From positions 16,819 to 80,818 of the forward strand of contig CAZZIO010000035.1 in assembly GCA_964654465.1 (NCBI GenBank): a stretch of DNA of 64,000 bases, in the 5' to 3' direction. The notes under the pieces were generated by a model, which made no database searches, was not told the DNA's origin, and worked only from the letters and a program-made list of their open reading frames with translations. Shown one piece after another: positions 30,379-41,534 of the stretch. Each line of letters starts with the position of its first letter. Position 1 is the stretch's first letter. A program made the position numbers and the translations under genes. The DNA is from an uncultured Dictyoglomota bacterium (GTDB lineage: Bacteria; Dictyoglomota; Dictyoglomia; Dictyoglomales; Dictyoglomaceae).

Positions 30379-32067
30379 TTAATCCTCCTCCCAAGCTATT
30401 ACTCTACGTGCCTCCTCAATAGTAGTTATTCCTGATAATACCTTTTCTCTTGCATTCATATGTAAGGTTTTCATCCCCTCTCTTAATGCCATATCCCTAA
30501 TTTCATCAATAGATGCCCTTTTATTTATTAATGTCCTTATGTTCTTAGTTATTTTTAATAACTCAAAAATTCCAGTTCTTCCTGAATATCCTGTATAATT
30601 ACAGAATAGACAACCTTTTCCTCGCACAAGTCTTATATTTCTTCCTTCATCTTTTGTTAATCCGAGTTCTTCTATTTCCTCCGATGAAGGTATATACTCT
30701 TCTTTACAAGATAAACATATAGTCCTTACTAATCTTTGGGCTACTATCCCTATAAGTGAAGATGCAATTAAAAAAGGTTCCAGCCCCATTTGTATCAATC
30801 TCGCCACAGCACTTACAGAATCATTTGCATGAAAAGTACTTAACAACAAATGACCCGTTAGAGCAGCTTCAATAGCGGTATTTAATGTTTCTGAATCCCT
30901 AATTTCACCCACCATTATAATATTGGGATCAAGTCTCAAGATATTTCTAAGTCCCATAGCAAAATCTATACCTATCTTTGGTTGTATCTGAATCTGATTT
31001 ATTCCTGGAAGTTCGTATTCTACCGGATCTTCTAAGGTTATTATATTTACTGATGGTTTATTTAAAACATTTAAAGCTGAGTATAATGTGGTAGTTTTAC
31101 CGCTTCCTGTAGGTCCTGTGACAAGGATCATTCCAAAAGGTCTTTTTATAAGATGTTCAAATACATTAAGGTCTTCATTTGTCATGCCCAATCTATCAAG
31201 CTCAATAAGTACTTTTGATTTATCCAGTAATCTTATAACTACCATTTCTCCGTGTATAGTACCCACTGAAGCTACTCTTAAATCAAAGATTTTATTTTCA
31301 TATCTATAAGTTGCTCTTCCATCTTGAGGTCTTCTTCTTTCTGCTATATCCATTCCTGATATTACCTTTATTCTTGTTACTACAGCATCTTGAATTTCCT
31401 TAGGAATACTCATAATATCATAAAGAATTCCATGGATTCTATATCTTACCTTCATCTCTTTCTCTTGGGGATCTAAATGGATATCGCTGGCATTTCTTGT
31501 GATTGCTTCATTAATTATAGAAGATACCAATCTAACAATAGGTGCTTCTTCAACGCCTATTGCAGGAGGGGCTTCAACTATTGTTTCTACCGGCATACTC
31601 CTTTGAAAGTCTTGAACAGCAGAAAGGGTACTCTTCTCTAAAGGGAAAAGTTTTGACATAATCTGATTAAACTCTTTATCGGTAGTAATAAACAATCTTA
31701 TTGGTGCCTTTACTATTCTTCTTATTTCATTTACTACTACAGGATCAATAGGAGGAACTATAGCAACATGTATTATTCCACTTTCTCTTTTCATAGGTAT
31801 AAATTTATATTTTCTTAAAAGATTTTCTGGAAAGGATCCAGCTAATTTTTCATCAATAGGGATTTCAGACAAAGAAATATAGGGAATTTCACTTTGCCTT
31901 TCTAATACTTTTCCAATATCCTCGGGCTTTACATATCCTCTCTCGATCAGTATTTGTCCTAATTTAACCCCAGTTTTCTTCTGTTCCTCGAGAGCTTTCT
32001 CTAATTGCTCCTTTGTTATAAGTCCTAATTCTAAAAGATATTCACCTAAGGGCTTTTTCTCTTTCAT
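30379..32067 (-). CDS. pilB: Type IV pilus assembly ATPase PilB/GspE
   Basis: N-terminal [18 protein letters not shown]...G.KLGQIL (MshEN-like), [20 protein letters not shown], Zn motif C..C/C..C. Confidence 0.95.
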   Translation of the reverse strand: MKEKKPLGEYLLELGLITKEQLEKALEEQKKTGVKLGQILIERGYVKPEDIGKVLERQSEIPYISLSEIPIDEKLAGSFPENLLRKYKFIPMKRESGIIHVAIVPPIDPVVVNEIRRIVKAPIRLFITTDKEFNQIMSKLFPLEKSTLSAVQDFQRSMPVETIVEAPPAIGVEEAPIVRLVSSIINEAITRNASDIHLDPQEKEMKVRYRIHGILYDIMSIPKEIQDAVVTRIKVISGMDIAERRRPQDGRATYRYENKIFDLRVASVGTIHGEMVVIRLLDKSKVLIELDRLGMTNEDLNVFEHLIKRPFGMILVTGPTGSGKTTTLYSALNVLNKPSVNIITLEDPVEYELPGINQIQIQPKIGIDFAMGLRNILRLDPNIIMVGEIRDSETLNTAIEAALTGHLLLSTFHANDSVSAVARLIQMGLEPFLIASSLIGIVAQRLVRTICLSCKEEYIPSSEEIEELGLTKDEGRNIRLVRGKGCLFCNYTGYSGRTGIFELLKITKNIRTLINKRASIDEIRDMALREGMKTLHMNAREKVLSGITTIEEARRVIAWEED

Positions 32068-33509
32068 AATTTATTTAATTCTTCTTCAAGAAGATTTTTT
32101 ACTAAATCTAAACTCGCTCTTCCTTTTGTCTCTTTCATCACCTGACCTACTAAAAAGTTCAAGACTTGTTTCTTCCCCTTCTTCCAGTCAGAAACTGCTT
32201 TTTCATTATTTAATATAACCTTTTGAATAACCTCTTGTAAATATGAAGTATCAGATACTGTTTTTAAACCTTCCTCTTCCACTATCTTCTCTGGATCTTT
32301 ACCTGTGGTTAGATATTTTCTTAATACGTCCTTTGCTACAGGACGTGTTATTTCGTTTTTATCTACCATTTGTATTAATTTTATAAATTTTTCAGGAAGT
32401 ATATTTAAATCTTTAAAGGACATATTATTATCATTCAAATAACTTAAGATTTCTACAGATATCCAATTTAAAAGATTTTTGGGATTAGTATATAACACTA
32501 GAGACTTATCAAAAAATTCTGCTAATTCCCTTTCAGAAATAATTATCTCAACTTCATTAGGTAATAAACCTAATGCAAAATATTTTCTTCTTAGTTCCTT
32601 TGGTAATACTGGAATTTCCTTTTTTATTTTTTCCTTCATCTCCTCTGTCACGATTAAAGGGGGAAGATCAGGTTCAGGAAAATATCTATAATCTTCTGCT
32701 TCTTCTTTTCCTCTTAAACTCACTGTTTTTTGCTTTTTTTCATCCCAATGCCTTGTCTCTTGTATTACTTGTTCACCATTTTTCAAAAGTTCAATCTGCC
32801 TTTCAATTTCATATTCTAAAGCCTTTTCCAAGGAATAAAAAGAATTTACATTTTTTATCTCAGTTCTTGTTCCTAAAACTCCTTCCTGAGTTTGTATAGA
32901 AATATTAGCATCACATCTTAGAGAACCTTTTTCCATATCTCCGCTACTTATTTCTAAATATCTTAAGATTAATCTTAGTTCCTGTAAAAATATTCTTGCT
33001 TCTTGAGGAGAATTTATATCAGGTTCTGTAACAATCTCAATAAGAGGAATGCCTGCCCTATTAAAATCGACAAGACTGTAATCGGCTTCTGATAATCTAT
33101 CCCCTGTCCCTATATGTAATAATTTTCCAGCATCTTCCTCTAAATGAATTCTCTTTATTCTTATTTTCTTAACTTCCCCATCCACAAAAATTTCCAAATA
33201 ACCATTCTTGCATAAAGGTAAATCATATTGAGATATTTGGTATCCTTTGGGTAAATCCGGATAGAAATAATTTTTTCTATCAAACTTTGAATAATTTGAA
33301 ATCTCGCAGTTCAAAGCTAAACCAGCCTTTATTGCAAATTCTACCGCTTTTTTATTAAGTACTGGAAGGACTCCTGGAAACCCCATACATATTGGGCAAA
33401 CATTAGTATTTGGGGGGACATTTTCATGATCCGTACTACAAGAGCAAAAAAGTTTAGTTTCAGTAGATAGCTGAGCATGTACTTCCAATCCTATTACTGG
33501 TTTTAGCAT
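32064..33509 (-). CDS. gatB: Asp/Glu-tRNA amidotransferase subunit B
   Basis: [39 protein letters not shown]. Confidence 0.99.
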   Translation of the reverse strand: MLKPVIGLEVHAQLSTETKLFCSCSTDHENVPPNTNVCPICMGFPGVLPVLNKKAVEFAIKAGLALNCEISNYSKFDRKNYFYPDLPKGYQISQYDLPLCKNGYLEIFVDGEVKKIRIKRIHLEEDAGKLLHIGTGDRLSEADYSLVDFNRAGIPLIEIVTEPDINSPQEARIFLQELRLILRYLEISSGDMEKGSLRCDANISIQTQEGVLGTRTEIKNVNSFYSLEKALEYEIERQIELLKNGEQVIQETRHWDEKKQKTVSLRGKEEAEDYRYFPEPDLPPLIVTEEMKEKIKKEIPVLPKELRRKYFALGLLPNEVEIIISERELAEFFDKSLVLYTNPKNLLNWISVEILSYLNDNNMSFKDLNILPEKFIKLIQMVDKNEITRPVAKDVLRKYLTTGKDPEKIVEEEGLKTVSDTSYLQEVIQKVILNNEKAVSDWKKGKKQVLNFLVGQVMKETKGRASLDLVKNLLEEELNKL

Positions 33510-33511
33510 TT

Positions 33512-34960
33512 TTAAGTCCTCCTCTTTTGAGGAAGAGTTGGGTATTTACTTGAAAAATCCATCATTTCTTGATATGCATAAGCAAACTGAAGAAGTCTAT
33601 TTTCTGAAAAGAAAGTACTCATGAATTGAATTCCTACAGGTAGATTATTATAGAAACCAGCAGGCATAGAGATAGCAGGAATACCAGCAAGGTTTACTGG
33701 TATAGTCATTATATCGGTTAGATACATTTGAAGAGGGTCAGATATCTTCTCTCCTAATTTAAATGGGAGTATAGGACTTGTTGGTGAAACAATTATATCA
33801 ACTTTTTTGAATGCTTCCTCAAATTCTTTTCTAATTAAATTCCTTACCTTTGTTGCCTTTAAATAATAGGCATCATAATACCCAGCACTTAAAGCATAAG
33901 TACCCAATATTATTCTTCTTTTAACTTCACTTCCAAAGCCATGACCTCTTGTGTTCTTATACATTGATATAAGATCTTCTGCCTCTTCTCTATATCCATA
34001 CTTTACTCCATCATATCTTGCCAAATTGGAACTTGCTTCAGAGGTAGCAATGATATAATAAACTGAAAGGGCATATTCTATAGAAGGAAGAGATATCTCT
34101 ATTATTTCAACTCCTAAATCCTTGAATATATCAAAGGATTTGTCAAGAACTCTTAAAACTTCCTCTGAAACCCCTTTCTGCCAAAGTTCTTCAGGGAATC
34201 CTACTTTCCATCCCTTTACGCTCTTACCCAAGTTTTCAAAATAATTTGGAATCTCATAAGGAGAAGACGTAGAATCCATGGGGTCATATCCAGCAATAAC
34301 CTGAAGAATTAAAGCCACATCCTCTACTCTTCTACCAAAAGGTCCTATCTGATCTAAGGATGATGCAAAGGCTACAAGTCCATATCGTGATACAAGGCCA
34401 TATGTGGGTTTTAATCCTATAACTCCAGTAAAAGACGCAGGCAACCTTATAGATCCACCCGTATCAGATCCTATCGAAACAGGTACTTCTCCTGCTGAAA
34501 CACATGCTGCAGATCCACCACTTGACCCTCCTGGAACTCTCTCAATATCCCAAGGGTTTTTAGTAGGACCAAAAGCAGAATTTTCTGTAGAGGAACCCAT
34601 GGCAAATTCATCTAAATTTGTTTTTCCAATTATTATCGCTCCATTATCTTTAAGCCTTCTTATAACAGTAGCATCATATGGAGGTGTAAAATTTTCAAGA
34701 ATTTTGGAAGCGCAAGTAGTCCTAATATTTTTTGTAAGTATATTATCCTTTACAGCAATAGGAATTCCATAAAGAGGTAAATTTTTAGGTTTTTTCTCAA
34801 TTTCACTAATTTGTTTTTCTATTTCATTATAAGGCACTATAAGGAAAGCATGAATAAATGGTTCCCATTCTTCTATCTTTTTTAGATAAAAATCTATTAA
34901 CTCCCTTACTTTTAGCTCATTTTTACTATATAAATCTTTTAATTCCTTAAGAGTTCTCAT
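33512..34960 (-). CDS. gatA: Asp/Glu-tRNA amidotransferase subunit A
   Basis: [43 protein letters not shown]. Confidence 0.99.
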   Translation of the reverse strand: MRTLKELKDLYSKNELKVRELIDFYLKKIEEWEPFIHAFLIVPYNEIEKQISEIEKKPKNLPLYGIPIAVKDNILTKNIRTTCASKILENFTPPYDATVIRRLKDNGAIIIGKTNLDEFAMGSSTENSAFGPTKNPWDIERVPGGSSGGSAACVSAGEVPVSIGSDTGGSIRLPASFTGVIGLKPTYGLVSRYGLVAFASSLDQIGPFGRRVEDVALILQVIAGYDPMDSTSSPYEIPNYFENLGKSVKGWKVGFPEELWQKGVSEEVLRVLDKSFDIFKDLGVEIIEISLPSIEYALSVYYIIATSEASSNLARYDGVKYGYREEAEDLISMYKNTRGHGFGSEVKRRIILGTYALSAGYYDAYYLKATKVRNLIRKEFEEAFKKVDIIVSPTSPILPFKLGEKISDPLQMYLTDIMTIPVNLAGIPAISMPAGFYNNLPVGIQFMSTFFSENRLLQFAYAYQEMMDFSSKYPTLPQKRRT

Positions 34961-34965
34961 ACTAA

Positions 34966-35268
34966 TTATTCTTCCCTTTTTAAAATTCTAGGAATTTTGA
35001 ATCCATCTTCCTCCACTTCAGGGGCATTCATAAAAATTTCTTCCTTAGGAATACTCTTTCTAATATCATCCTCTCTCCACACATTGGACAAAGGTAATAC
35101 ATGTGCCATTGGCTCTACATTAGTAGTGTCTAATTCTTGAAGTTTATTAAAATAATCAAGAATACTTTGTAATTGACGAGAAAATAATTCTTCTTCTTCT
35201 AGCGTTAGATATAATCTCGCCAGATGAGCAGTTTTCTTTAGTTGATTTTTAAAATCTTGTTTTTCCAT
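34966..35268 (-). CDS. gatC: Asp/Glu-tRNA amidotransferase subunit C
   Basis: AHLARL, LQELDTTNVEP, NAPEVEEDGFKIPRI; start set at ATG 35268. Confidence 0.95.
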   Translation of the reverse strand: MEKQDFKNQLKKTAHLARLYLTLEEEELFSRQLQSILDYFNKLQELDTTNVEPMAHVLPLSNVWREDDIRKSIPKEEIFMNAPEVEEDGFKIPRILKREE

Positions 35269-35269
35269 A

Positions 35270-36259
35270 TCAATATAAATGGCAAGCCACAAAATGATTT
35301 GGTTTTACTTCTTTTAATTCAGGCTCAACTTTTGAACATACATCCATTACGCTTGGACATCTGGTATGAAACCTACAACCAGTTGGTGGATTTAAAGGAC
35401 TTGGTATATCTCCTGTAAGTACTATCTTTTTTCTTTTTTCTTCTAATTCAGGATCTGGTATAGGTATAGCAGAAAGAAGAGCTTGAGTATAAGGATGCAG
35501 TGGAGAAGTATATAAATCATCATTTTCTGAAAGTTCTACAATCTTACCTAAGTACATAACAGCTATCCTATCACATATATGTCTTATAACAGCTAAATCG
35601 TGAGATATAAATAAATAAGTTAATTTAAATTCTTTTTGTAAATCTTGAAGTAAATTTATAATCTGAGATCTTATAGATACATCCAATGCAGATGTTGGTT
35701 CGTCAGCAACTATAAATTTTGGATTTAATGCAAGGGCTCTTGCTATTCCAATCCTTTGCCTTTGACCCCCAGAAAATTCATGAGGATAACGGGTTGCATG
35801 GTAAGGAGCAAGACCTACAAGTTCTAATAACTCTTGTACCCTCTTCTCTCTCTCTTTTGAAGAAGATACTATTTTATGAACTTGTAACGGTTCACCTATT
35901 ATTTCACTTATAGTCATTCTTGGATTTAATGATGAATATGGATCTTGGAATATAATTTGCATATCTTTTCTTATTCTTCTTAGAGCACTATGGGGAAGTT
36001 TTGATATATCTACCCCATCGAAAATAATTTCACCATCTGTAGGATCTAAAAGTCTTATAATAGTTCTCGCTACCGTACTTTTCCCACAACCTGATTCTCC
36101 TACAAGACCTAATGTTTCTCCCCTTCTAATATAAAAGCTTAGTCCATCTACAGCTTTTACATCTCCCACATGTTTTGAAAAAACGATGCCACTTTTTATT
36201 GGAAAATATTTTTTTAGATTTCTGACTTCTAAAATTACATCATCTGTATAGTTATTCAT
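35270..36259 (-). CDS. oppF: Opp/Dpp-family ABC transporter ATPase (OppF-like)
   Basis: [24 protein letters not shown]-terminal GCRFHTRCP...VACH. Confidence 0.9.
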   Translation of the reverse strand: MNNYTDDVILEVRNLKKYFPIKSGIVFSKHVGDVKAVDGLSFYIRRGETLGLVGESGCGKSTVARTIIRLLDPTDGEIIFDGVDISKLPHSALRRIRKDMQIIFQDPYSSLNPRMTISEIIGEPLQVHKIVSSSKEREKRVQELLELVGLAPYHATRYPHEFSGGQRQRIGIARALALNPKFIVADEPTSALDVSIRSQIINLLQDLQKEFKLTYLFISHDLAVIRHICDRIAVMYLGKIVELSENDDLYTSPLHPYTQALLSAIPIPDPELEEKRKKIVLTGDIPSPLNPPTGCRFHTRCPSVMDVCSKVEPELKEVKPNHFVACHLY

Positions 36260-37242
36260 ACTTTCACTCCAATTCCCTTAGCATAAAAACAGCGAGAATA
36301 ATGCCCAGGTTCTACCTCAATTAAATCAGGTATTTCTTCTAAACATCTATCAGTTTTATAAGGACACCTTTCAGCATAATAGCAATAACTTGGAAGGGCA
36401 ACAAGATCTGGAGGTTGACCTTCTATAGCCTTCAATCTTTCTTTCCTTACATCAAGCCTTGGCACTGATTCAAGAAGTCCAATTGTATAAGGATGAGATG
36501 GCTTTTTGAAGATAGTACGTACATCAGCAAACTCAACTACTTTCCCAGCATACATAACAAGCACATTTTTACAAGTTTCTGCTACTATTCCCATATCGTG
36601 AGTTATTAATATAAGAGACATTCCTAATTCTTTTTGAAGTTGTTTAATTAATTCTATAATCTGAGCTTGAATTGTAACATCTAAAGCAGTAGTAGGCTCA
36701 TCAGCTATAAGGATTTCAGGACTACATGATAGTGCAATTGCTATCATTACTCTTTGTCTCATTCCACCACTAAATTGATGAGGATATTCATCAATTCTTT
36801 TAGATGCCTCCGGTATTCTAACAAGTTCTAACATCTCAATAGCTTTTTTTCTTGCTGAAACCTTATCTAGTTTTTGGTGTAGAATTATAGCTTCCATTAT
36901 TTGATCCCCTATTGTAAAAACAGGATTGAGAGAGGTCATTGGATCTTGAAATATCATAGATATTTTGTTCCCGCGCACCTCTCTCATTTCCTCTTCTTTC
37001 TTTTTAAGAAGATCTTCTCCTCTAAATATTATCTCTCCACCAACAATCTTTCCAGGAGGATCTTGTATGAGTCTCATGATAGAGAGAGCAGTTACACTTT
37101 TACCACTTCCTGATTCTCCCACAATTCCTAAACTCTCTCCCTTTTTTAAACCAAAGGATACATCATCTACTGCTTTAACGATTCCTTCATCTGTAAAAAA
37201 ATATGTTCTTAGATTTTTTACCTCTAACAAACAATCTTCCAC
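36256..37242 (-). CDS. oppD: Opp/Dpp-family ABC transporter ATPase (OppD-like)
   Basis: [45 protein letters not shown]. Confidence 0.9.
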   Translation of the reverse strand: MEDCLLEVKNLRTYFFTDEGIVKAVDDVSFGLKKGESLGIVGESGSGKSVTALSIMRLIQDPPGKIVGGEIIFRGEDLLKKKEEEMREVRGNKISMIFQDPMTSLNPVFTIGDQIMEAIILHQKLDKVSARKKAIEMLELVRIPEASKRIDEYPHQFSGGMRQRVMIAIALSCSPEILIADEPTTALDVTIQAQIIELIKQLQKELGMSLILITHDMGIVAETCKNVLVMYAGKVVEFADVRTIFKKPSHPYTIGLLESVPRLDVRKERLKAIEGQPPDLVALPSYCYYAERCPYKTDRCLEEIPDLIEVEPGHYSRCFYAKGIGVKV

Positions 37243-37270
37243 AACAATGATTCCTCCGTCAGCTAATTAA

Positions 37271-37305
37271 AATAAAACCCTTCCCTGAGTATTGGGGAAG
37301 AGTTT
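37271..37305 (-). terminator. Terminator-like hairpin after tRNA-Leu
   Basis: AAACTCTTCCC-9 nt-GGGAAGGGTTT followed by TATTT on the minus strand. Confidence 0.65.
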
Positions 37306-37317
37306 CATATTCTAATT

Positions 37318-37405
37318 TGGTGCCGAGGCCGGGATTTGAACCCGGACGGGCGTAAGCCCATAGCACCCTCAATGCTACGTGTCTGCCAAATTCCACCACC
37401 TCGGC
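37318..37405 (-). tRNA. tRNA-Leu(GAG)
   Basis: GCCGAGG acceptor stem, anticodon arm TAGCA-TTGAGGG-TGCTA, long variable arm GGGC-TTAC-GCCC, GGTTCAAATC T-loop, encoded ACCA. Confidence 0.98.
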
Positions 37406-37419
37406 ATTTCTTGATTTTG

Positions 37420-37448
37420 ATTATATAAATACTATAAACCGATGTCAA
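37420..37448 (-). promoter_or_regulatory. Consensus sigma70 promoter of tRNA-Leu
   Basis: TTGACA-N17-TATAAT, perfect match. Confidence 0.9.
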
Positions 37449-37466
37449 GATTCTAAGATAATTTTG

Positions 37467-38534
37467 TTATTTAGAAGAAGATCTTTTTGTAGTCTTTTCT
37501 TCTTTTGTCTCTGTTTTCTCACTCTCTTTGGGTTCTCCTGATACTTGAGAAGTTTCAAAACCCCATATCTTTCTTATTTCTCTTTCTATCTCATCAGCAA
37601 GTTCTGGATGCTCTTTAAGATATGTTTTTGCATTCTCCCTACCCTGCCCTAATCTTATATCTTTGTATATATACCATGTACCACTTCTTTCAATAACTTT
37701 TGCTTCTACTCCAGCATCCAATATACATCCTTCTCTTGATATTCCCTCACCATATATTAATTCAAATTCACCTTCTTTAAATGGAGGAGCTACTTTGTTC
37801 TTTACAACTTTAACTTTTACTTTTGTCCCTGTAACCTCACTTCCTTCTTTCATTGATTCTGCTTTCCTTACATCAATACGAACTGAAGCATAGAATTTTA
37901 AAGCTCTTCCTCCAGGTGTAGTTTCGGGATTTCCAAAGAAAACTCCTACTTTTTCTCTTAATTGATTGATAAATATGGCTACAGTTTTAGATTTGCTAAT
38001 AACTCCAGTTAACTTTCTCAAAGCTTGAGACATAAGTCTTGCTTGCAAACCTATAAAGGCATCTCCCATCTCTCCCTCAAGCTCCGCTCTTGGCACTAAA
38101 GCAGCTACTGAATCTATGACAATCACATCTACACTGCCACTTCTTACAAGAATCTCAGCAATTTCTAATGCTTGTTCTCCAGTATCTGGTTGTGAGATAA
38201 GAAGATTTTCTAAATTTACTCCTATTCTTTTTGCATAATTTGGATCAAAAGCATGTTCAGCATCTATAAAAGCAGCAATTCCGCCTTGTTTTTGAGCAGA
38301 AGCAATAATCTGTAAGGCAACTGTTGTCTTACCAGAACCTTCTGGTCCAAAGAGTTCAATAATTCTTCCTCTCGGAACTCCTCCAACTCCTAAAGCATAA
38401 TCCAAGGTAAGAATACCAGTCGGTATGACCGGTACCTCATATCTCTCATTACTTCCTAATTTCATTATGGAGCCTTTTCCAAATTGTTTCTCAATCTGAA
38501 AAATTGCTGATTCTAATGCTTTCTCTTTTTCCAT
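37467..38534 (-). CDS. recA: Recombinase A
   Basis: [44 protein letters not shown]. Confidence 0.99.
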   Translation of the reverse strand: MEKEKALESAIFQIEKQFGKGSIMKLGSNERYEVPVIPTGILTLDYALGVGGVPRGRIIELFGPEGSGKTTVALQIIASAQKQGGIAAFIDAEHAFDPNYAKRIGVNLENLLISQPDTGEQALEIAEILVRSGSVDVIVIDSVAALVPRAELEGEMGDAFIGLQARLMSQALRKLTGVISKSKTVAIFINQLREKVGVFFGNPETTPGGRALKFYASVRIDVRKAESMKEGSEVTGTKVKVKVVKNKVAPPFKEGEFELIYGEGISREGCILDAGVEAKVIERSGTWYIYKDIRLGQGRENAKTYLKEHPELADEIEREIRKIWGFETSQVSGEPKESEKTETKEEKTTKRSSSK

Positions 38535-38573
38535 ACTTTAATACACCTCAAAATTTTTTATATTTCTAAAAGT

Positions 38574-38603
38574 ATTATAACAAGAGTAATTTTTTATAAC
38601 AAG
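38574..38603 (-). promoter_or_regulatory. recA promoter
   Basis: TTGTTA-N17-TATAAT with extended TG; contains the direct repeat CTTGTTATAA twice. Confidence 0.6.
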
Positions 38604-39634
38604 TTAATTTGAAAATTTTCGTCAATTTCGCGTTTTAGTTCTTTTGATAAAAGACTTATTAGAGCTGATTTAGGGGATTTTCCACTATACAATACTTCAT
38701 AAACTTCTTCAGTAATAGGCATATAGATATTATATTTCTGGGAAAGATTATAAACTGATTTTACAGTATAAACTCCTTCTGCTACCATACCATGAAGTTC
38801 AGATAATGCCTCCTGTAAACTTTTCCCTTCTCCTACATATTTTCCTACCCTCCAATTTCTACTTAAAGTACTTGTAGCTGTAAGTACCAAATCTCCAAGT
38901 CCAGAAAGACCGAGTATAGTAAAAGGATTAGCTCCAAATAAAATAGCAAACCTATTAATTTCTGCCAAACCTCTTGTAATAAGACTTGCTTTTGCATTAT
39001 ATCCAAAATTTAAACCATCCGATATTCCAGCTGCTATTGCAATTACGTTCTTCAGAGCACCTCCTAATTCCACACCTACTATATCATCACTTCTATATAC
39101 TCTCATAAAATCCATATTAAAAATATTTTGTAGAAATTCTGCAGTTACAATACTTGGAGAAGCAATCACCATAGCTAAGGGTTTTCTTTCCATCACCTCT
39201 TTTGCAAAACTTGGACCCGAAAAAATAGCAACTTGTCCCTGTTCAATATTAAGCTCTTCCATTATTATTTCAGAAGGCCTTTTAAGAGTTTCTATATCTA
39301 TACCTTTTCCAGTGTTAACAAAATATGGAATATGGGTAAGATAATATCTATTCGATCTAATAAAATCTCTCAAGCCTTGAACAGGAATACTCAAAATTGC
39401 TATCAGAGTATCCTTTGTGGCTAATTCTATATCACTTGTAATCTTTAAATTGGGATTTAACTTATACCCTTGAAGATAAAAGATATTTTCTTTTTTTTCT
39501 TCTATAATTTTCGCCTTTTTGCTATCTCGTACCCAAAGAGTTACATCATAATTCTTTTCCGATAATATATCTGCTAATGTGGTTCCCCAACTTCCTCCAC
39601 CAAAAACTGTAATTTTTATCTTTTTATTCTCCAA
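38594..39634 (-). CDS. gpsA: NAD(P)H-dependent glycerol-3-phosphate dehydrogenase
   Basis: [38 protein letters not shown]. Confidence 0.97.
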   Translation of the reverse strand: MENKKIKITVFGGGSWGTTLADILSEKNYDVTLWVRDSKKAKIIEEKKENIFYLQGYKLNPNLKITSDIELATKDTLIAILSIPVQGLRDFIRSNRYYLTHIPYFVNTGKGIDIETLKRPSEIIMEELNIEQGQVAIFSGPSFAKEVMERKPLAMVIASPSIVTAEFLQNIFNMDFMRVYRSDDIVGVELGGALKNVIAIAAGISDGLNFGYNAKASLITRGLAEINRFAILFGANPFTILGLSGLGDLVLTATSTLSRNWRVGKYVGEGKSLQEALSELHGMVAEGVYTVKSVYNLSQKYNIYMPITEEVYEVLYSGKSPKSALISLLSKELKREIDENFQINLL

Positions 39635-40221
39635 TCTATTTTATGTTCCTCCCCTCTTATAAGCCTCCTAATATTAGGTATATGTCTATAAATAATAAAA
39701 AGACATACGATTACCACACAAATCATATATTCCATTACTGGTCTTTCTAAAGAATATAAAATAAAAGGATAAATAATAGCAGAGGTTATAGAAGCTATTG
39801 ATTTGTATTTTGTTATACTCACAATTATTATGGCAATTATCAGAACAGTCAAAGAGGTTTTAGGGAAAAGATAAAAAAGAATACCAAAAGAAATCCCTAC
39901 ACTTCTTCCTCCTCTAAAATCAGCAAATATAGGAAAAGAATGTCCTATTACTGCAGAGATAACACATAATAAAATAGCTATATGATCATTTTTAAGGATA
40001 AATGTTGCAAGATATACAGCTAAAACTCCCTTACCCACATCCATTAAGGCTGTAATAATAGCAGGTCCCCATCCAAGCACTCTAAGAACATTAGTAGCAC
40101 CTAAATTACCACTTCCATGTTTTCTTACGTCTATACCTTTCCAAAGTTTACCCACAATTAATGCACTAGGTATAGATCCTAATAGATAAGAAATCAACAT
40201 TAATAAGATTTTTGTGATCAT
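39616..40221 (-). CDS. plsY: Glycerol-3-phosphate acyltransferase PlsY
   Basis: [29 protein letters not shown]; start set at ATG 40221. Confidence 0.96.
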   Translation of the reverse strand: MITKILLMLISYLLGSIPSALIVGKLWKGIDVRKHGSGNLGATNVLRVLGWGPAIITALMDVGKGVLAVYLATFILKNDHIAILLCVISAVIGHSFPIFADFRGGRSVGISFGILFYLFPKTSLTVLIIAIIIVSITKYKSIASITSAIIYPFILYSLERPVMEYMICVVIVCLFIIYRHIPNIRRLIRGEEHKIDWRIKR

Positions 40222-40226
40222 GGCTT

Positions 40227-41534
40227 TTACTCCCTCTTTCTTACTTCTATTTTTATAGGAGTACCTGTCCAAGAAAAGTAATTTCTAATATACTTTTCAA
40301 AATATTTTTGAACATTCTTATTCATGATTTCTGGTTCATTTACGAAGAAGACTATTCTTGGAGGAGAAGTTTCAACCTGTGTGGCATAATAAATTTTCAA
40401 GCTTTTACCCTTTTTTGAGAAGGAAACTCTACTTAAAGCTTCTTGAATTGCCATATTAATTTGAGATGTAGGAATTCTCATATGACTTAGTCCATACAAT
40501 TTGTCTACCCAAGGAATAATCTTTTTTACATTATATCCAGTAAGGGCAGATGTAAATATAAAGGGAAAATAATCGAAAGGAGAAAGTAAACTTGGAACTA
40601 TTTTTTCAAACTCTCTTCTTTCTTTCAAAGAGGGAAATAAATCTGTTTTATTAAAAACAATTAAACAAGATTTTCCCTTATCTTCAATATAATGCAAAAT
40701 TCTTTTCTCTTGATCTCTAATTCCTATCGAAAGGTCAACAACCATTATAGCTACATCCAATCTTTTTATAGTATTTAATGCTTTTCTTACTGATAATTCT
40801 TCGAGCTCTTCTTCAATTCTTGAGGGCCTTCTTAATCCTGGAGTATCAAGAATCATGTATTTCTTTCCATTAAATTCCCATATTATATCCACTGTATCTC
40901 TGGTAGTTCCAGGAATTTCACTAACAATATTCCTATATTTACCTATCAAGGTATTTACTAAGGATGATTTACCGCTATTTGGTCTACCTACAAAAGCAAA
41001 TTTTATTAACTGTTCTTCTTTTCCTACTTCTACATTTGGAATAAGGGATAATATTTTCTCAATAAGCTCAGTAAGATTTTGTTTATGAATAGCAGAGATA
41101 GGGAAAGGTTCACCTAAACCCAACACAGTAAAAGGAGAAAGATAAATTTCAGAATCAATTCTTCCTTCCATTTTATTTACTACTAAAATTATCTTTTTTC
41201 CAGATTTCCTAAGAATCTCAGCAAATTCAAAATCAAGAGAAGTAAGCTCTGACCTTCCATCTACCACAAATAGTATAAGATCACTTATTTCAATCACTTC
41301 ATATATTTTTTCTTTAACAAGTTCACTTAAATCATCATTTAATCCATATCCTGCTGAATCTATAAGATAAAAAAACTTACCTTTATATTCGCAAAGGTGC
41401 ACTAAAGGATCCCTAGTAACTCCAGGCTCATCAGCAACTATAGCTTTTTCCTCTCCTGCAATTCTATTAAAGAGCACAGATTTTCCTACATTAGGCCTTC
41501 CTACAATACTTACTACAGGGATTCCTACTTCTAT
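40227..41534 (-). CDS. der: Ribosome biogenesis GTPase Der; start uncertain (ATA 41534 or GTA 41528)
   Basis: Two GTPase domains: IPVVSIVGRPNVGKS..PGVTRD (P-loop lies upstream of the track's GTG start) and GRPNSGKSSL..GTTRD..DTPG; KH-like C-terminus ending GTPIKI. Confidence 0.93.
   Translation of the reverse strand: MEVGIPVVSIVGRPNVGKSVLFNRIAGEEKAIVADEPGVTRDPLVHLCEYKGKFFYLIDSAGYGLNDDLSELVKEKIYEVIEISDLILFVVDGRSELTSLDFEFAEILRKSGKKIILVVNKMEGRIDSEIYLSPFTVLGLGEPFPISAIHKQNLTELIEKILSLIPNVEVGKEEQLIKFAFVGRPNSGKSSLVNTLIGKYRNIVSEIPGTTRDTVDIIWEFNGKKYMILDTPGLRRPSRIEEELEELSVRKALNTIKRLDVAIMVVDLSIGIRDQEKRILHYIEDKGKSCLIVFNKTDLFPSLKERREFEKIVPSLLSPFDYFPFIFTSALTGYNVKKIIPWVDKLYGLSHMRIPTSQINMAIQEALSRVSFSKKGKSLKIYYATQVETSPPRIVFFVNEPEIMNKNVQKYFEKYIRNYFSWTGTPIKIEVRKRE

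Noticed and set aside
37318-37405. tRNA-Leu as an island integration site
   Set aside because: No duplicated tRNA 3' end or integrase seen; the flanks are housekeeping genes
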